From Candidatus Poseidoniia archaeon (GTDB lineage Archaea > Thermoplasmatota > Poseidoniia > MGIII > CG-Epi1), in NCBI GenBank assembly GCA_029936395.1, contig JAPYSW010000003.1:1-63674 (forward strand): a DNA stretch of 63,674 nucleotides, given 5' to 3'. The notes beneath the pieces were generated by a model. That model did no database searches and was not told the DNA's origin. It saw only the letters and a list, made by a program, of their open reading frames with translations. Shown here in pieces: positions 53,702 through 62,628 of the stretch (position 1 is its first letter; each line of letters opens with the position of its first letter). The position numbers were made by a program, and so were the translations under genes.

Positions 53702-54406
53702 GTGACCTTACCTAAAAATCATCCAAGATACAAATCCTTGATGGCAAGAGAAAAATTGGTAAATGCTTCAGATATGGTGGCTAAACAAGGACTAATTGCT
53801 CATGGTAGAGGTGAAGCTTTTGATTATTTGTTAGGAGAGCAAACATGTCTACCTGCTTTGAGTGCCATAAAGGCCGCAGCTTCAGCTTTAATTGAAGCTA
53901 AAAATCCAGTTATTTCCGTAAATGGAAATGTTGTTGCCCTAGCTGCGAGGGAGGTTGTCAGATTAGCTGAAGTAAGTGGAGCTAAAGTTGAAGTTAATTT
54001 ATTTCATCGAACTCCTGAAAGAGTTGCTGGATTAATTAAAATGATGAAGAAGGGAGGTATTGATGCTCTTGGTGAAAATGCTGACGATAGTATTCCTGGA
54101 TTAAGTTCTGAACGTGCTAAATGTTGTTCCGATGGAATTGGGGGTGCCGACGTTGTTCTTGTTCCTTTAGAAGATGGGGATCGTTGTCAAGCCTTGGTAG
54201 ATATGGGGAAAAAAGTAATTACTATTGATTTGAATCCTCTCTCGAGAACTGCTCAAACTGCCCACATAACAATCGTAGATGAATTAACTAGATGTTTGCC
54301 TCTGCTATCTGATTTTGTTGAAGAAAAAAAGGGCATTGATTCCTTCGACAATAAAGAATGTTTAAGAGATGTTTTAAACTATATGGCTGAGAGAATAAGC
54401 TCATGA
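53702..54406 (+). CDS. Archaeal phosphopantothenate synthetase (4-phosphopantoate--beta-alanine ligase)
   Basis: [18 protein letters not shown]...[19 protein letters not shown] matches my memory of the archaeal COG1701 PPS family N-terminus. GTG start. Confidence 0.7.
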   Translation: MTLPKNHPRYKSLMAREKLVNASDMVAKQGLIAHGRGEAFDYLLGEQTCLPALSAIKAAASALIEAKNPVISVNGNVVALAAREVVRLAEVSGAKVEVNLFHRTPERVAGLIKMMKKGGIDALGENADDSIPGLSSERAKCCSDGIGGADVVLVPLEDGDRCQALVDMGKKVITIDLNPLSRTAQTAHITIVDELTRCLPLLSDFVEEKKGIDSFDNKECLRDVLNYMAERISS

Positions 54407-55386
54407 GTGTGCTAAATATTCTGTTTGTAGGAAGTGATGAAGTTGCTCGTTCTATTGCTAAAAAATCTGATTCGCGCGATGTCGATAATTATATCTATAA
54501 AGATTTGAAAGAAGACAGTTCATTCTCTACTATTTCTATTCTTAGACCAATGAATTATCCGGATAAACCAAAACCATTTTTTGCTTCTTTGACTGTTTCT
54601 GATTTTGGGATTATTGAAATAAATAATATTGATGCTGCTTTCGGTGAAACTATTGTATCGATGGCCTGCGCTGGAATCAAAGAGGGGTTTGTAATTGTTA
54701 ATCCTGCTAAAGGGGGATGGGTTGATGATTCTCAAGTAAAAAGTTTACTGAATCAAGCTGGCCTTGAAAACTGGGTATTTATTGAAAATGATGGGATTGT
54801 TATTAGAGAGAAATTGATTACTATTTTAAATAAAATAAAACCTCAAAATGAACCTGGATTTGTTGTTGCTGTAGATCAAGCTTTTACTGTGAAAGGAGTT
54901 GGATTGGTGGCGATAGGGCATGTTCAATCTGGAACATTAAACAAACATAATGAGGTGGTTTTTGCAGGTTCTGAGGGAAGTGCAGTTGCTCGTTCATTAC
55001 AAGTCATGGACTTAGATGTTGATGTTGCTAATGTGGGAGATCGTGTTGGTCTGGCATTAAGAGCAAATGGCTCTTTCAGAGATGATTTACTTGGTAGGGG
55101 ATCCATATTAGCAGATAGTACTGATCGTTTTGAAATACAAATGAAATCTAGTTTTAAGCTAGAAAAAGCAACTTTTCAAAAACATGAACTCGTGGATGGT
55201 GACGTTATTCATTTGTGTGCAGATTTTCAATTTATAGTAGGTAGAGTCACTAATATTGGAAATGTTATTGATGTTGAATGGGATTCTCCTATCGTGATAA
55301 ATAAATCTTCAAAAAGAAATTCACTAATTATTCAATTGGAATCAAATCCTAGAATCATGGGTTCCGCAAAAATAAATACCACTTGA
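54403..55386 (+). CDS. EF-Tu/SelB-like protein with degenerate G domain
   Basis: Domain II signature [34 protein letters not shown]...[13 protein letters not shown]. The N-terminal ~150 aa have no GxxxxGK[ST], no DxxG and no NKxD. ATGA overlap with the PPS gene. Confidence 0.65.
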   Translation: MSVLNILFVGSDEVARSIAKKSDSRDVDNYIYKDLKEDSSFSTISILRPMNYPDKPKPFFASLTVSDFGIIEINNIDAAFGETIVSMACAGIKEGFVIVNPAKGGWVDDSQVKSLLNQAGLENWVFIENDGIVIREKLITILNKIKPQNEPGFVVAVDQAFTVKGVGLVAIGHVQSGTLNKHNEVVFAGSEGSAVARSLQVMDLDVDVANVGDRVGLALRANGSFRDDLLGRGSILADSTDRFEIQMKSSFKLEKATFQKHELVDGDVIHLCADFQFIVGRVTNIGNVIDVEWDSPIVINKSSKRNSLIIQLESNPRIMGSAKINTT

Positions 55387-55389
55387 ATT

Positions 55390-55424
55390 TCTCAAATTTA
55401 AGCGGAGCTAACTCTTTTTTGAGA
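55390..55424 (+). terminator. Possible terminator: inverted repeat ending in a T6 tract
   Basis: TCTCAAA (55390-96) pairs with TTTGAGA (55418-24), and a T6 run lies at 55415-55420, just after the EF-Tu-like stop. Archaeal termination usually needs only the oligo-T. Confidence 0.3.
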
Positions 55425-55456
55425 TTTTAAATTGTGGGCCGTATTGCAAAAAATAT

Positions 55457-55663
55457 ATGTTTCTTGCTTGGAACTATGCTTTGGAATCATTTTTGTGGAT
55501 CCTTGTAGGAGCAATTCTTCTAGTTTCACTGACAATTCTTTTGAATGCTTCTACTTTTTTCTTGTTGGGTCTCTTGACTCTTTTGGTTTCCGGAGATCCG
55601 TATCAGATATGGAACTACTATAAGGATAGAGTAACCAACTTACCGAAAAATAAGGGTAATTGA
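55457..55663 (+). CDS. Possible small two-TM membrane protein (68 aa)
   Basis: MFLAWNYALESFLWILVGAILLVSLTILLNASTFFLLGLLTLLVSGDPYQIWNYYKDR... has two clear hydrophobic helices and lies in an otherwise unassigned 325-nt gap. Confidence 0.3.
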   Translation: MFLAWNYALESFLWILVGAILLVSLTILLNASTFFLLGLLTLLVSGDPYQIWNYYKDRVTNLPKNKGN

Positions 55664-55711
55664 TGGTCTCAACGCACCTGCAAATTATATATAGTCAAAA
55701 ATTGCTATCAT

Positions 55712-56374
55712 TTGAGGTGTATTTTGTTAAATCGACGTAATTTTAGAATTGTGGCTTTTGGCTTAACTCTTTATTTTTTCATAACTAATATAATTTTAGG
55801 GTTTTATGTTCTAAAAGCTGGAAGTTGGGGCGAGGGTCTAAAATTCCTCACGAATTGGAATTTATTATTAAATTTTATAATTGCTGGTTGTGCACTTCTT
55901 AATGAAAAGGATTCAAAATTTATTTCTTATTATTTCCTATTACCGGCTTCAATGGTTCTCAACATTCTTGTTTTCTTACTATATTGGGTCATCAAACTCT
56001 TTGGAGGATTTGGTGCCACTGAAAGTGGATGGTCTATATTTGATGTTCTCAAAGATTATTATATGCATTTTGGAACTTCGGTCTTTTTATTTGTAGAAGT
56101 TCTGTTTTATTCAAAGAGCTTCCAGGATTTTAAAAGAGAATTCTCTGTTTTTGGTATGATTTTTGTTGGATATATTACTTGGATGGAATTTTTTATTCAA
56201 GTCTATAATGATTTTCCATGTGGCTCTGTTTCATGCGGTTATCCTTATCTTTTCCTAAACGATTTGGATGTTGTAGGGCGGTTAATCTTCTACGTTATTG
56301 TTTTAGTCTTGGGTACTGTTTCTTGGATTGGTTGTAGGAAATTGGTTAAGGGTCCTGGATTTTCGATGTTTTAG
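55712..56374 (+). CDS. Polytopic membrane protein, family not recognised
   Basis: 220 aa with about six hydrophobic segments. TTG start in the track. No catalytic motif I can name. Confidence 0.45.
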   Translation: MRCILLNRRNFRIVAFGLTLYFFITNIILGFYVLKAGSWGEGLKFLTNWNLLLNFIIAGCALLNEKDSKFISYYFLLPASMVLNILVFLLYWVIKLFGGFGATESGWSIFDVLKDYYMHFGTSVFLFVEVLFYSKSFQDFKREFSVFGMIFVGYITWMEFFIQVYNDFPCGSVSCGYPYLFLNDLDVVGRLIFYVIVLVLGTVSWIGCRKLVKGPGFSMF

Positions 56375-57224
56375 GTGTGTTTATAGTGAGTATTGCACCA
56401 CTAATTACTATGAATAAAGTTCCGACTAAATCGCTAATTACTATTTCTTGATCAAATAAGAGCCAACTATAGACTCCCCCCACGATTACAGTTGCATAAG
56501 AAAACGCTCCGACATATGCCGCTCGTGCTGCATGATAAGCTCTAGTCATCCCAGTTTGTCCAATGCCTGCACAAACACCTACGCCTATTACTGCTAAAAT
56601 ATCTATAAATTCTAATTTTAGGAGTTTCGTTATGGCAAATGGAAAAGTGAGGGCCGTACAAAAAACTGCAAACCAGAAAACTATCCCGTCTGGGGAAGAA
56701 CTATCTTTTAATCCTCTTACTGCAAGATAAGCAAATGCTGAAAGGACTCCCGATAACAATGCAATAAAAGCTCCCGTCTCAATCGATTTTAATGATGGGG
56801 AAACAATTAAAATAACACCGATAAACGAAAATATAATACAGCTATAAATCAAAGGAGAAACTCTTTCGCTAAGCATTATTCCTGAGAATAAAGCTACGAA
56901 AATAGGAGAAGAATATTGTAAAGTAACGGCATTAGAAAGAGGTATTTCTTGTACTGAATAGAAATAACAGAGCATTGCTGAAAGTCCTACAACACACCTC
57001 CACAGTAAACGAGAATGGTTGCCTACTTTCAACGAAGCTCCCGAAATATAAGACCAAAAAAGAATAGCAATTGTTATTACTAAACTCCTACCAAAAACGA
57101 CCGTCCAAACATCTACGTTACCAGCTGTCCATTTTACTAAAGCACTTCCTGAAGCAAAGGCTAAGCTAGCTAACAGCATCCAACTAATTGCAAGCTGAGG
57201 CGAATCTTTTATTTCCTCACCCAT
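56346..57224 (-). CDS. EamA/DMT-superfamily transporter
   Basis: 292 aa with 10 TM segments in two similar halves, the typical EamA repeat layout. Confidence 0.7.
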   Translation of the reverse strand: MGEEIKDSPQLAISWMLLASLAFASGSALVKWTAGNVDVWTVVFGRSLVITIAILFWSYISGASLKVGNHSRLLWRCVVGLSAMLCYFYSVQEIPLSNAVTLQYSSPIFVALFSGIMLSERVSPLIYSCIIFSFIGVILIVSPSLKSIETGAFIALLSGVLSAFAYLAVRGLKDSSSPDGIVFWFAVFCTALTFPFAITKLLKLEFIDILAVIGVGVCAGIGQTGMTRAYHAARAAYVGAFSYATVIVGGVYSWLLFDQEIVISDLVGTLFIVISGAILTINTPKTSKIQDP

Positions 57225-57924
57225 TGAGATTTTCTTCTATTATCTGTTGCCAATTATCTGGTTTTGGTGGCCATCCTTCTGTCATGTATGTGTAAAAATC
57301 ATCTTTATTTTTAACACCAAGGGCTTCATTGATTTTCTTTTCATTACCAATTGTAGAAAAGGTATCCTCTGAATCAATAGCATGAGCAGCTCCTACATGA
57401 TTAGGATAAACTCGTACATGGTCTTCTAATTTTTCTAATTTCCGTAAACTATCAAAGAGCATATCTGATTTTTCTCTATAATTGCCACCCAAATCAATAC
57501 GCCCCACATCGCCTATGAAAAGACAATCACCACTAAGAAGTATTTCATCAATTAAATAACAATTATGATCATATGTATGGCCTGGGGTAAAAATGATTTG
57601 AATCTCAGCATTCCCTATTTTTAAAACATCATTATCCTTTGTTCCTCTTATTTTACCTTTATATTTGGTTAAAGAGCTTTTTACAATTCCATTTGTATTA
57701 TATTTATTTGAAAAATACAAAGATGCGGATTTCCGATCAGCATGGGTATGTGTGTCTATTATATATTTTACAGTAAAGTTTCCTATCTTTTCTAATTCTT
57801 CTTCTATTACTTTTTCGTAATCTTTGAATGCATCAACAATAGCTACTTCTTTTTTATTATTGCAATATATTAAATAAGAAACGCAACCCGTTTCTCCTAG
57901 AATTAGTTGCGATATTTTAGCCAT
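57217..57924 (-). CDS. Metallo-beta-lactamase-fold hydrolase (glyoxalase II / persulfide dioxygenase-like)
   Basis: IIDTHTHADR (HxHxD region), TPGHTYDH, DCLFIGDVGR. I prefer ATG 57924 (MAKISQLILGETGCVSYLIY) to the track start 57978. It overlaps the EamA gene start by 8 nt. Confidence 0.75.
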   Translation of the reverse strand: MAKISQLILGETGCVSYLIYCNNKKEVAIVDAFKDYEKVIEEELEKIGNFTVKYIIDTHTHADRKSASLYFSNKYNTNGIVKSSLTKYKGKIRGTKDNDVLKIGNAEIQIIFTPGHTYDHNCYLIDEILLSGDCLFIGDVGRIDLGGNYREKSDMLFDSLRKLEKLEDHVRVYPNHVGAAHAIDSEDTFSTIGNEKKINEALGVKNKDDFYTYMTEGWPPKPDNWQQIIEENLNG

Positions 57925-58096
57925 ATATAATATAATAAAAGAATAGTACTTATAAGACACACACACCTCTTCTTCCATTGGAAATCCTATTTTATTCGGC
58001 GGCTTATTTTTATTATTTTTTTCTTAGATATTTTTTTGAAGACTTATCTCGAGTGGAAGAGAAGGTGTCTGACAAGTTTCTTTTATCTATTCCTTA

Positions 58097-58879
58097 ATGA
58101 AGCTCACAATGGAAGAAAAGAAAGATACTTTTGAGGAATGTTGCCAATTTGTGACAGACAATACTGAAAAGATAGATCAAACAATCCTTTTGAAATTATA
58201 TTCATATTACAAACAAGTAACAAAAGGAGACGCATCAGGAGGAAGACCTGGCGTTTTTAATATGAGAGCTAGAGCGAAATATGAAGAATGGGAAAGTCTT
58301 TCAGGGATCACAAAAGAAGAAGCAAAACAAAAGTACATTGATTTAGTTCAAAATTTAACGTTTACGCATATTAACACTTCGTTTGAAGACAAGCATAGCC
58401 TAGCAAAGGAAATGTTGAATAAAGAATTAAATTTAGAAGAATATGAAGAAATAAAGAACCTTTGGAAAGCCCATTCAATCGCTGAAGACAATCGTGATAT
58501 TAATGGGCTGATGGCAACTCTTACCGAAGATTGCAGATATGAAATTCCTCAAATTGGTAAAGTGTATTATGATAAAGAAGGTGCAGCACAATTCTATAAT
58601 GATCTTTTAGGCGCTTTTCCAGATATTGATTTTAGATTAATGCAGATTTACATTGGACCCCAAGGCGTAGTCGAGGAAGCGAAAGTTAAAGCAACACACG
58701 AAAAAGACTGGTTAGTTTTACCTGCAACAGGGAAAGAAGTAGAATTTGAAACTGCAATTTTTTTTCCTTGGGATTCTAAAGTTAAGAAATTCAAAGGAGA
58801 ACGAGTGTACTTTAATTTTGATCGAAAATTCTATAGAAAATATGGGATGGCCCCTCCTTTTCCAGAACTGAAAGATTGA
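58097..58879 (+). CDS. Acyl-CoA-binding protein (ACBP) domain fused to a SnoaL/NTF2-like domain
   Basis: ACBP signature LLKLYSYYKQVTKGDASGGRPGVFNMRARAKYEEWESLSGITKEEAKQKYIDLV. The C-terminal half EDNRDINGLMATLTEDCRYEI...FYNDLLGAFPDIDF...GKEVEFETAIFFPW resembles SnoaL-type cyclases. Confidence 0.75.
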   Translation: MKLTMEEKKDTFEECCQFVTDNTEKIDQTILLKLYSYYKQVTKGDASGGRPGVFNMRARAKYEEWESLSGITKEEAKQKYIDLVQNLTFTHINTSFEDKHSLAKEMLNKELNLEEYEEIKNLWKAHSIAEDNRDINGLMATLTEDCRYEIPQIGKVYYDKEGAAQFYNDLLGAFPDIDFRLMQIYIGPQGVVEEAKVKATHEKDWLVLPATGKEVEFETAIFFPWDSKVKKFKGERVYFNFDRKFYRKYGMAPPFPELKD

Positions 58880-58922
58880 AAAATCTCCCGATTAAAATAA
58901 AACCCCCGCCCAATAGGGAGCT

Positions 58923-60002
58923 ATGGCGACAGCCGTACATGAGTTAGAACAGATAGCTGAACAAATTTACAAACAGTTGAGCGCCGGTAAAATACCGGAG
59001 ATGAAAATTCCTACAAGGAGTAAGAATAACATAATTTTTGATGAAAAATCTAAAGTTTGGAAATACGGAAAATCAGAAACAACAAGAACCGCTAAAAAAT
59101 TAGATGGGGCTTATATGCTTCTTAGAACAACTTATCTCTTAGATTTTATTAGGGAGATGTCAAGTCAAAGCAAGTCTTCAACTTTAAGAGAATTATATTA
59201 TATTTCGGAAGGCTGGGATTTAGGAAAGTTTCATGCACAAGACGAATCAAATAAATTAATTGAAGATTTAGAGATAATAACACATTTCCAAAGAGAAGAT
59301 TTCAAAATAAGACCAGAAGATGATGGGGCTAAAGTTTTGGGGGATGTTACAATTACAGAAATTAATCGTAAAGGAAAGCCCATGAAAATAAATTGCCGTA
59401 ATGATGTAGGTGACACTGGGTACAATATACCCTACAACGTCGAAGAGACTAAGATAACATTTAATGATTTTGGAAATTCGAAGTGCATCATTGCTATAGA
59501 AACGGGAGGAATGTTTGATCGTTTAGTAGAAAATGGTTTTGATGAAACGCACGATGCAATTTTAGTCCATATCAAAGGACAACCTGCACGTTCAACTCGC
59601 CGTTTCTTACAACGGATGCATGGGGCCTCAGGACTTCCATTACTCTTGTTTACAGACGCCGATCCCTGGTCTTATCGAATTTATAGTTCGGTAGCCTATG
59701 GCGCTATCAAAACAGCACATATTTCTCACATTTTAGCGACACCAAGTGCAAGATACCTAGGAGTGACCCCCTCAGACATAATAAATTATGAATTGCCTTC
59801 TGATGATCTCACCGATAGAGATATTAGTGCATTGAAATCAATTTTAACCGATCCTCGTTTCCAAAGTAAATATTGGAAAGGCGAAATAGAATTACAATTA
59901 GAGATAAAACAGAAATCGGAACAACAAGCTTTAGCCAAATATGGCCTTGATTTCGTTACCAAGACTTACTTACCTACTAAGCTAAAGGAAATGGGAATTT
60001 AG
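58923..60002 (+). CDS. top6A: DNA topoisomerase VI subunit A (Spo11 family)
   Basis: STLRELYYIS (catalytic Tyr region), IIAIETGGMFDRLVE, and the Toprim motif LLLFTDADPWSYRIY. Confidence 0.9.
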   Translation: MATAVHELEQIAEQIYKQLSAGKIPEMKIPTRSKNNIIFDEKSKVWKYGKSETTRTAKKLDGAYMLLRTTYLLDFIREMSSQSKSSTLRELYYISEGWDLGKFHAQDESNKLIEDLEIITHFQREDFKIRPEDDGAKVLGDVTITEINRKGKPMKINCRNDVGDTGYNIPYNVEETKITFNDFGNSKCIIAIETGGMFDRLVENGFDETHDAILVHIKGQPARSTRRFLQRMHGASGLPLLLFTDADPWSYRIYSSVAYGAIKTAHISHILATPSARYLGVTPSDIINYELPSDDLTDRDISALKSILTDPRFQSKYWKGEIELQLEIKQKSEQQALAKYGLDFVTKTYLPTKLKEMGI

Positions 60003-60741
60003 AATTAAGAGCCTTAGCCATAAGGCCTTTGACTTCTTCAACATGTTCATTAATAGTTTCTTTACTCCAACCATTTGTTTGAATAGGGTCCAAAACTTCA
60101 ACTCTAACTTCACCAGGATAAAATTGCATAGTTTTTGCAGGCCATATTTTGTGCGCACCATGAAGAACAACGGGCACAATCGGCAATCCGGTTGCCAATG
60201 CAAGATGTACAAATCCTTTCTTGAAAGTAATTAATTGTCCGTCGATACTTCTTGTTCCTTCTGGCCAGATCCATATACTCAAATCCTTGGTCTTAACAAA
60301 GTCAGACATTTTTTTCATTGATGCAACTGCCTTAGAATTATTTCCTCGATCAATTAGTAAGTGCCCAGCAAGCCAATAAGCCAGTCCAAAGAATGGAATC
60401 TTCAAGATTTCCTTCTTACCAACACCACATCCACCATAAGGACAAAGTGCCATTCCAATAAAAATATCTAAAGCAGAAGTATGATTACTAACAAAAATAG
60501 CGGGCTTGGAAGCATTTAATTTATCAGAATCCGGATTTACAATTTTAGCCCCCACTAGTCTACTTACAATAGGGCCTATCATTTTTCCACAAAAATTACC
60601 GATTCTAACTCTAAGAGAACGAAAAGGAAGTACTAACAGCATCAAACATATGGTCGTTAAAGACCAAAAGGTTAACCAAATAAATCCAATTGTAAATCGA
60701 AGCGTAATAGAAATAGGGCCGATTTTTTTTCGTTCGGCCAT
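59977..60741 (-). CDS. plsC: 1-acyl-sn-glycerol-3-phosphate acyltransferase (PlsC family)
   Basis: HX4D motif NHTSALD, WPEGTRS (EGTR motif), PIVPVVLHG, and an N-terminal TM anchor. Its 3' end overlaps convergent top6A by 26 nt. Confidence 0.85.
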   Translation of the reverse strand: MAERKKIGPISITLRFTIGFIWLTFWSLTTICLMLLVLPFRSLRVRIGNFCGKMIGPIVSRLVGAKIVNPDSDKLNASKPAIFVSNHTSALDIFIGMALCPYGGCGVGKKEILKIPFFGLAYWLAGHLLIDRGNNSKAVASMKKMSDFVKTKDLSIWIWPEGTRSIDGQLITFKKGFVHLALATGLPIVPVVLHGAHKIWPAKTMQFYPGEVRVEVLDPIQTNGWSKETINEHVEEVKGLMAKALNSKFPFPLA

Positions 60742-60751
60742 TTTTGTAATT

Positions 60752-61051
60752 TCAGTCGTAACCTTCTAAAATTTCTTCGAAACCTTGGGCCAATCGAATA
60801 TCATTATCAGTAATTCCACCAGCATCGTGAGTAGTGGTCGTTACAATAACTCGATTATACTCACACAAAGTTATGTCGGGATGGTGATTGAGTTGCTCAG
60901 CAATTTCAGCCAATTTATTTAAAAATCCCATACCTTCCATAAAATCTTTGAACATAGTTTCTCGAATCAGTATTTTATCTTCTGAGTCGTAATCCCAAGG
61001 GCCAATCATTCGAATGCGGTTAGTAATATCCTCATCTTTCAATAAGTCCAT
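60752..61051 (-). CDS. Pterin-4-alpha-carbinolamine dehydratase (PCD/DCoH)
   Basis: LNHHPDITLCEYNRVIVTTTTHDAGGITDNDIRLA. Confidence 0.85.
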   Translation of the reverse strand: MDLLKDEDITNRIRMIGPWDYDSEDKILIRETMFKDFMEGMGFLNKLAEIAEQLNHHPDITLCEYNRVIVTTTTHDAGGITDNDIRLAQGFEEILEGYD

Positions 61052-61126
61052 ATTAAATACGAGAAATCGACTCTATTTAGGCCTAACTCAGAAACATATT
61101 TTAACACCCCTTCTCAAATACAGCTT

Positions 61127-61558
61127 ATGAGCCAACAAGAAACAAATTTTTCGGAAAGGATGTCTGCAATGTTGCCATTTGGAATGGCTAGCTCAGGACT
61201 CTTACTTACTGGCATGGGAATTTATTTTTATTTATTTCCTGAAAATGAACAATCTGTTACTGCCCTTATTCCAGCAATAATTGGTTTGGGGTTAATGATT
61301 CCAGGAATAATTACTATTGCAACGCCTCATAACAAAAAACATGCTATGCACGCAGGTGCAATGTTTGCACTAATAGGCTTTTTGGGGGGCCTTATGGGAG
61401 TTCCAGAGTTTATTAGTTGGATTACAGATGGCGGAGATATCGAAAGGCCAACAATAGCTAGAATGGCAATGGTATTGTTTTGTGGAGAGAATTTAGTCGG
61501 AAGTATACTTTCATTTAGATTAGCAAGAATTAAGAGAGAGCAAGAAGCACAAAATTAA
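61127..61558 (+). CDS. Small membrane protein (4 TM)
   Basis: 143 aa and hydrophobic. Its stop overlaps the next ATG by 1 nt (TAATG). Confidence 0.45.
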   Translation: MSQQETNFSERMSAMLPFGMASSGLLLTGMGIYFYLFPENEQSVTALIPAIIGLGLMIPGIITIATPHNKKHAMHAGAMFALIGFLGGLMGVPEFISWITDGGDIERPTIARMAMVLFCGENLVGSILSFRLARIKREQEAQN

Positions 61559-62628
61559 TGAAAAACATACCTAAAAACCAATATATTCCCGGTATAGCTA
61601 TAGCATTATTTTTAGCAGTTTGGTTAATTCCTCAAGTAAATGATTTTTGGAATGAGTTTTTTGTAAATCCAATAATGGCCGATTCAAAAGGTGAAGCTGG
61701 CGCCAAATATAATATTTACAATACCGTTGCATATGGTTTAGGATTTTTTGTTTTGTTTATGGCAATAAATGAATTACTTACACGGTGGAAGATCGAACTT
61801 AGTGAAAAGTTTGTATTTTCTTGTATACCTTTACTTATTCTTGGAGGCGTCGCCAGAGTCCTTGAAGATGCAGATACATTTGAACCGCCAATTCAATATT
61901 TTTTCATATCGCCTTTAATTTATGGGATTTTAGTATTATACAGTTTGTTGGTAATCGCACTTGGAGTTTGGTTATCAAAAAGTGATTTACCTTCATTAAC
62001 AAAAGGATTAGGATTAGTTTCATTTACAATTGGAGGGTATGGATTATGGTGGTATTTTGCACCAGGAGATTGGATTCATCCTTCTTCTTGGGCTTTAATA
62101 GTATTTTCATTTACAGCTTTAACGGCAGAATTCTATAAAGGAAAACCACTAAGAGATCCGATTCTTTTCTTTGGAATTTCATCGACATTAACATTAATCT
62201 TAGCATATTCTACTTTAGCTAAAAATGAAATATTAAATCCAGAAATATTATGGAACACATTAATTATAGCTTCAATTTTAACATTTGTAGTATGGTTTTT
62301 TTCATGGTTTATTATGCCTCTAAAACCAATTTATCTGTTACTTTATTTTGGACATTTCATAGATGGTGGAGCAACTTTCTTAGGAATAGATACATATGGA
62401 TATACTGAGAAACACGTTCTTCCTGATTTATTTATAGACTATTTTGGAAGCGCAATAGTAATGCTTCCATTAAAATTCTTAGTAGTTACTGGAGTAATTA
62501 CTGCCCTTGAAGTGGAAAAAAAGAAGGGTGAAGATCCAGGAATGGTCGCTCTTTTGCTTATGTTCCTTTTAGCCTTAGGTTTAGGCCCAGGCACCAGAGA
62601 TATTTTGAGAATAATGTTTGGAACTTAA
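61558..62628 (+). CDS. Polytopic membrane protein (possibly archaeal DUF63-like)
   Basis: 356 aa with about nine TM segments. The C-terminal [29 protein letters not shown] region loosely recalls DUF63. The family call is low confidence. Confidence 0.45.
   Translation: MKNIPKNQYIPGIAIALFLAVWLIPQVNDFWNEFFVNPIMADSKGEAGAKYNIYNTVAYGLGFFVLFMAINELLTRWKIELSEKFVFSCIPLLILGGVARVLEDADTFEPPIQYFFISPLIYGILVLYSLLVIALGVWLSKSDLPSLTKGLGLVSFTIGGYGLWWYFAPGDWIHPSSWALIVFSFTALTAEFYKGKPLRDPILFFGISSTLTLILAYSTLAKNEILNPEILWNTLIIASILTFVVWFFSWFIMPLKPIYLLLYFGHFIDGGATFLGIDTYGYTEKHVLPDLFIDYFGSAIVMLPLKFLVVTGVITALEVEKKKGEDPGMVALLLMFLLALGLGPGTRDILRIMFGT

Noticed and set aside
55712-56374. Thought the 220-aa membrane protein might belong to the FAR-17a/AIG1 (FAHFA hydrolase-like) family because of a ...FLTNWNLLLNF... 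segment
   Set aside because: I cannot verify the catalytic Thr/His positions or the overall alignment from memory. It is kept as an unassigned membrane protein.
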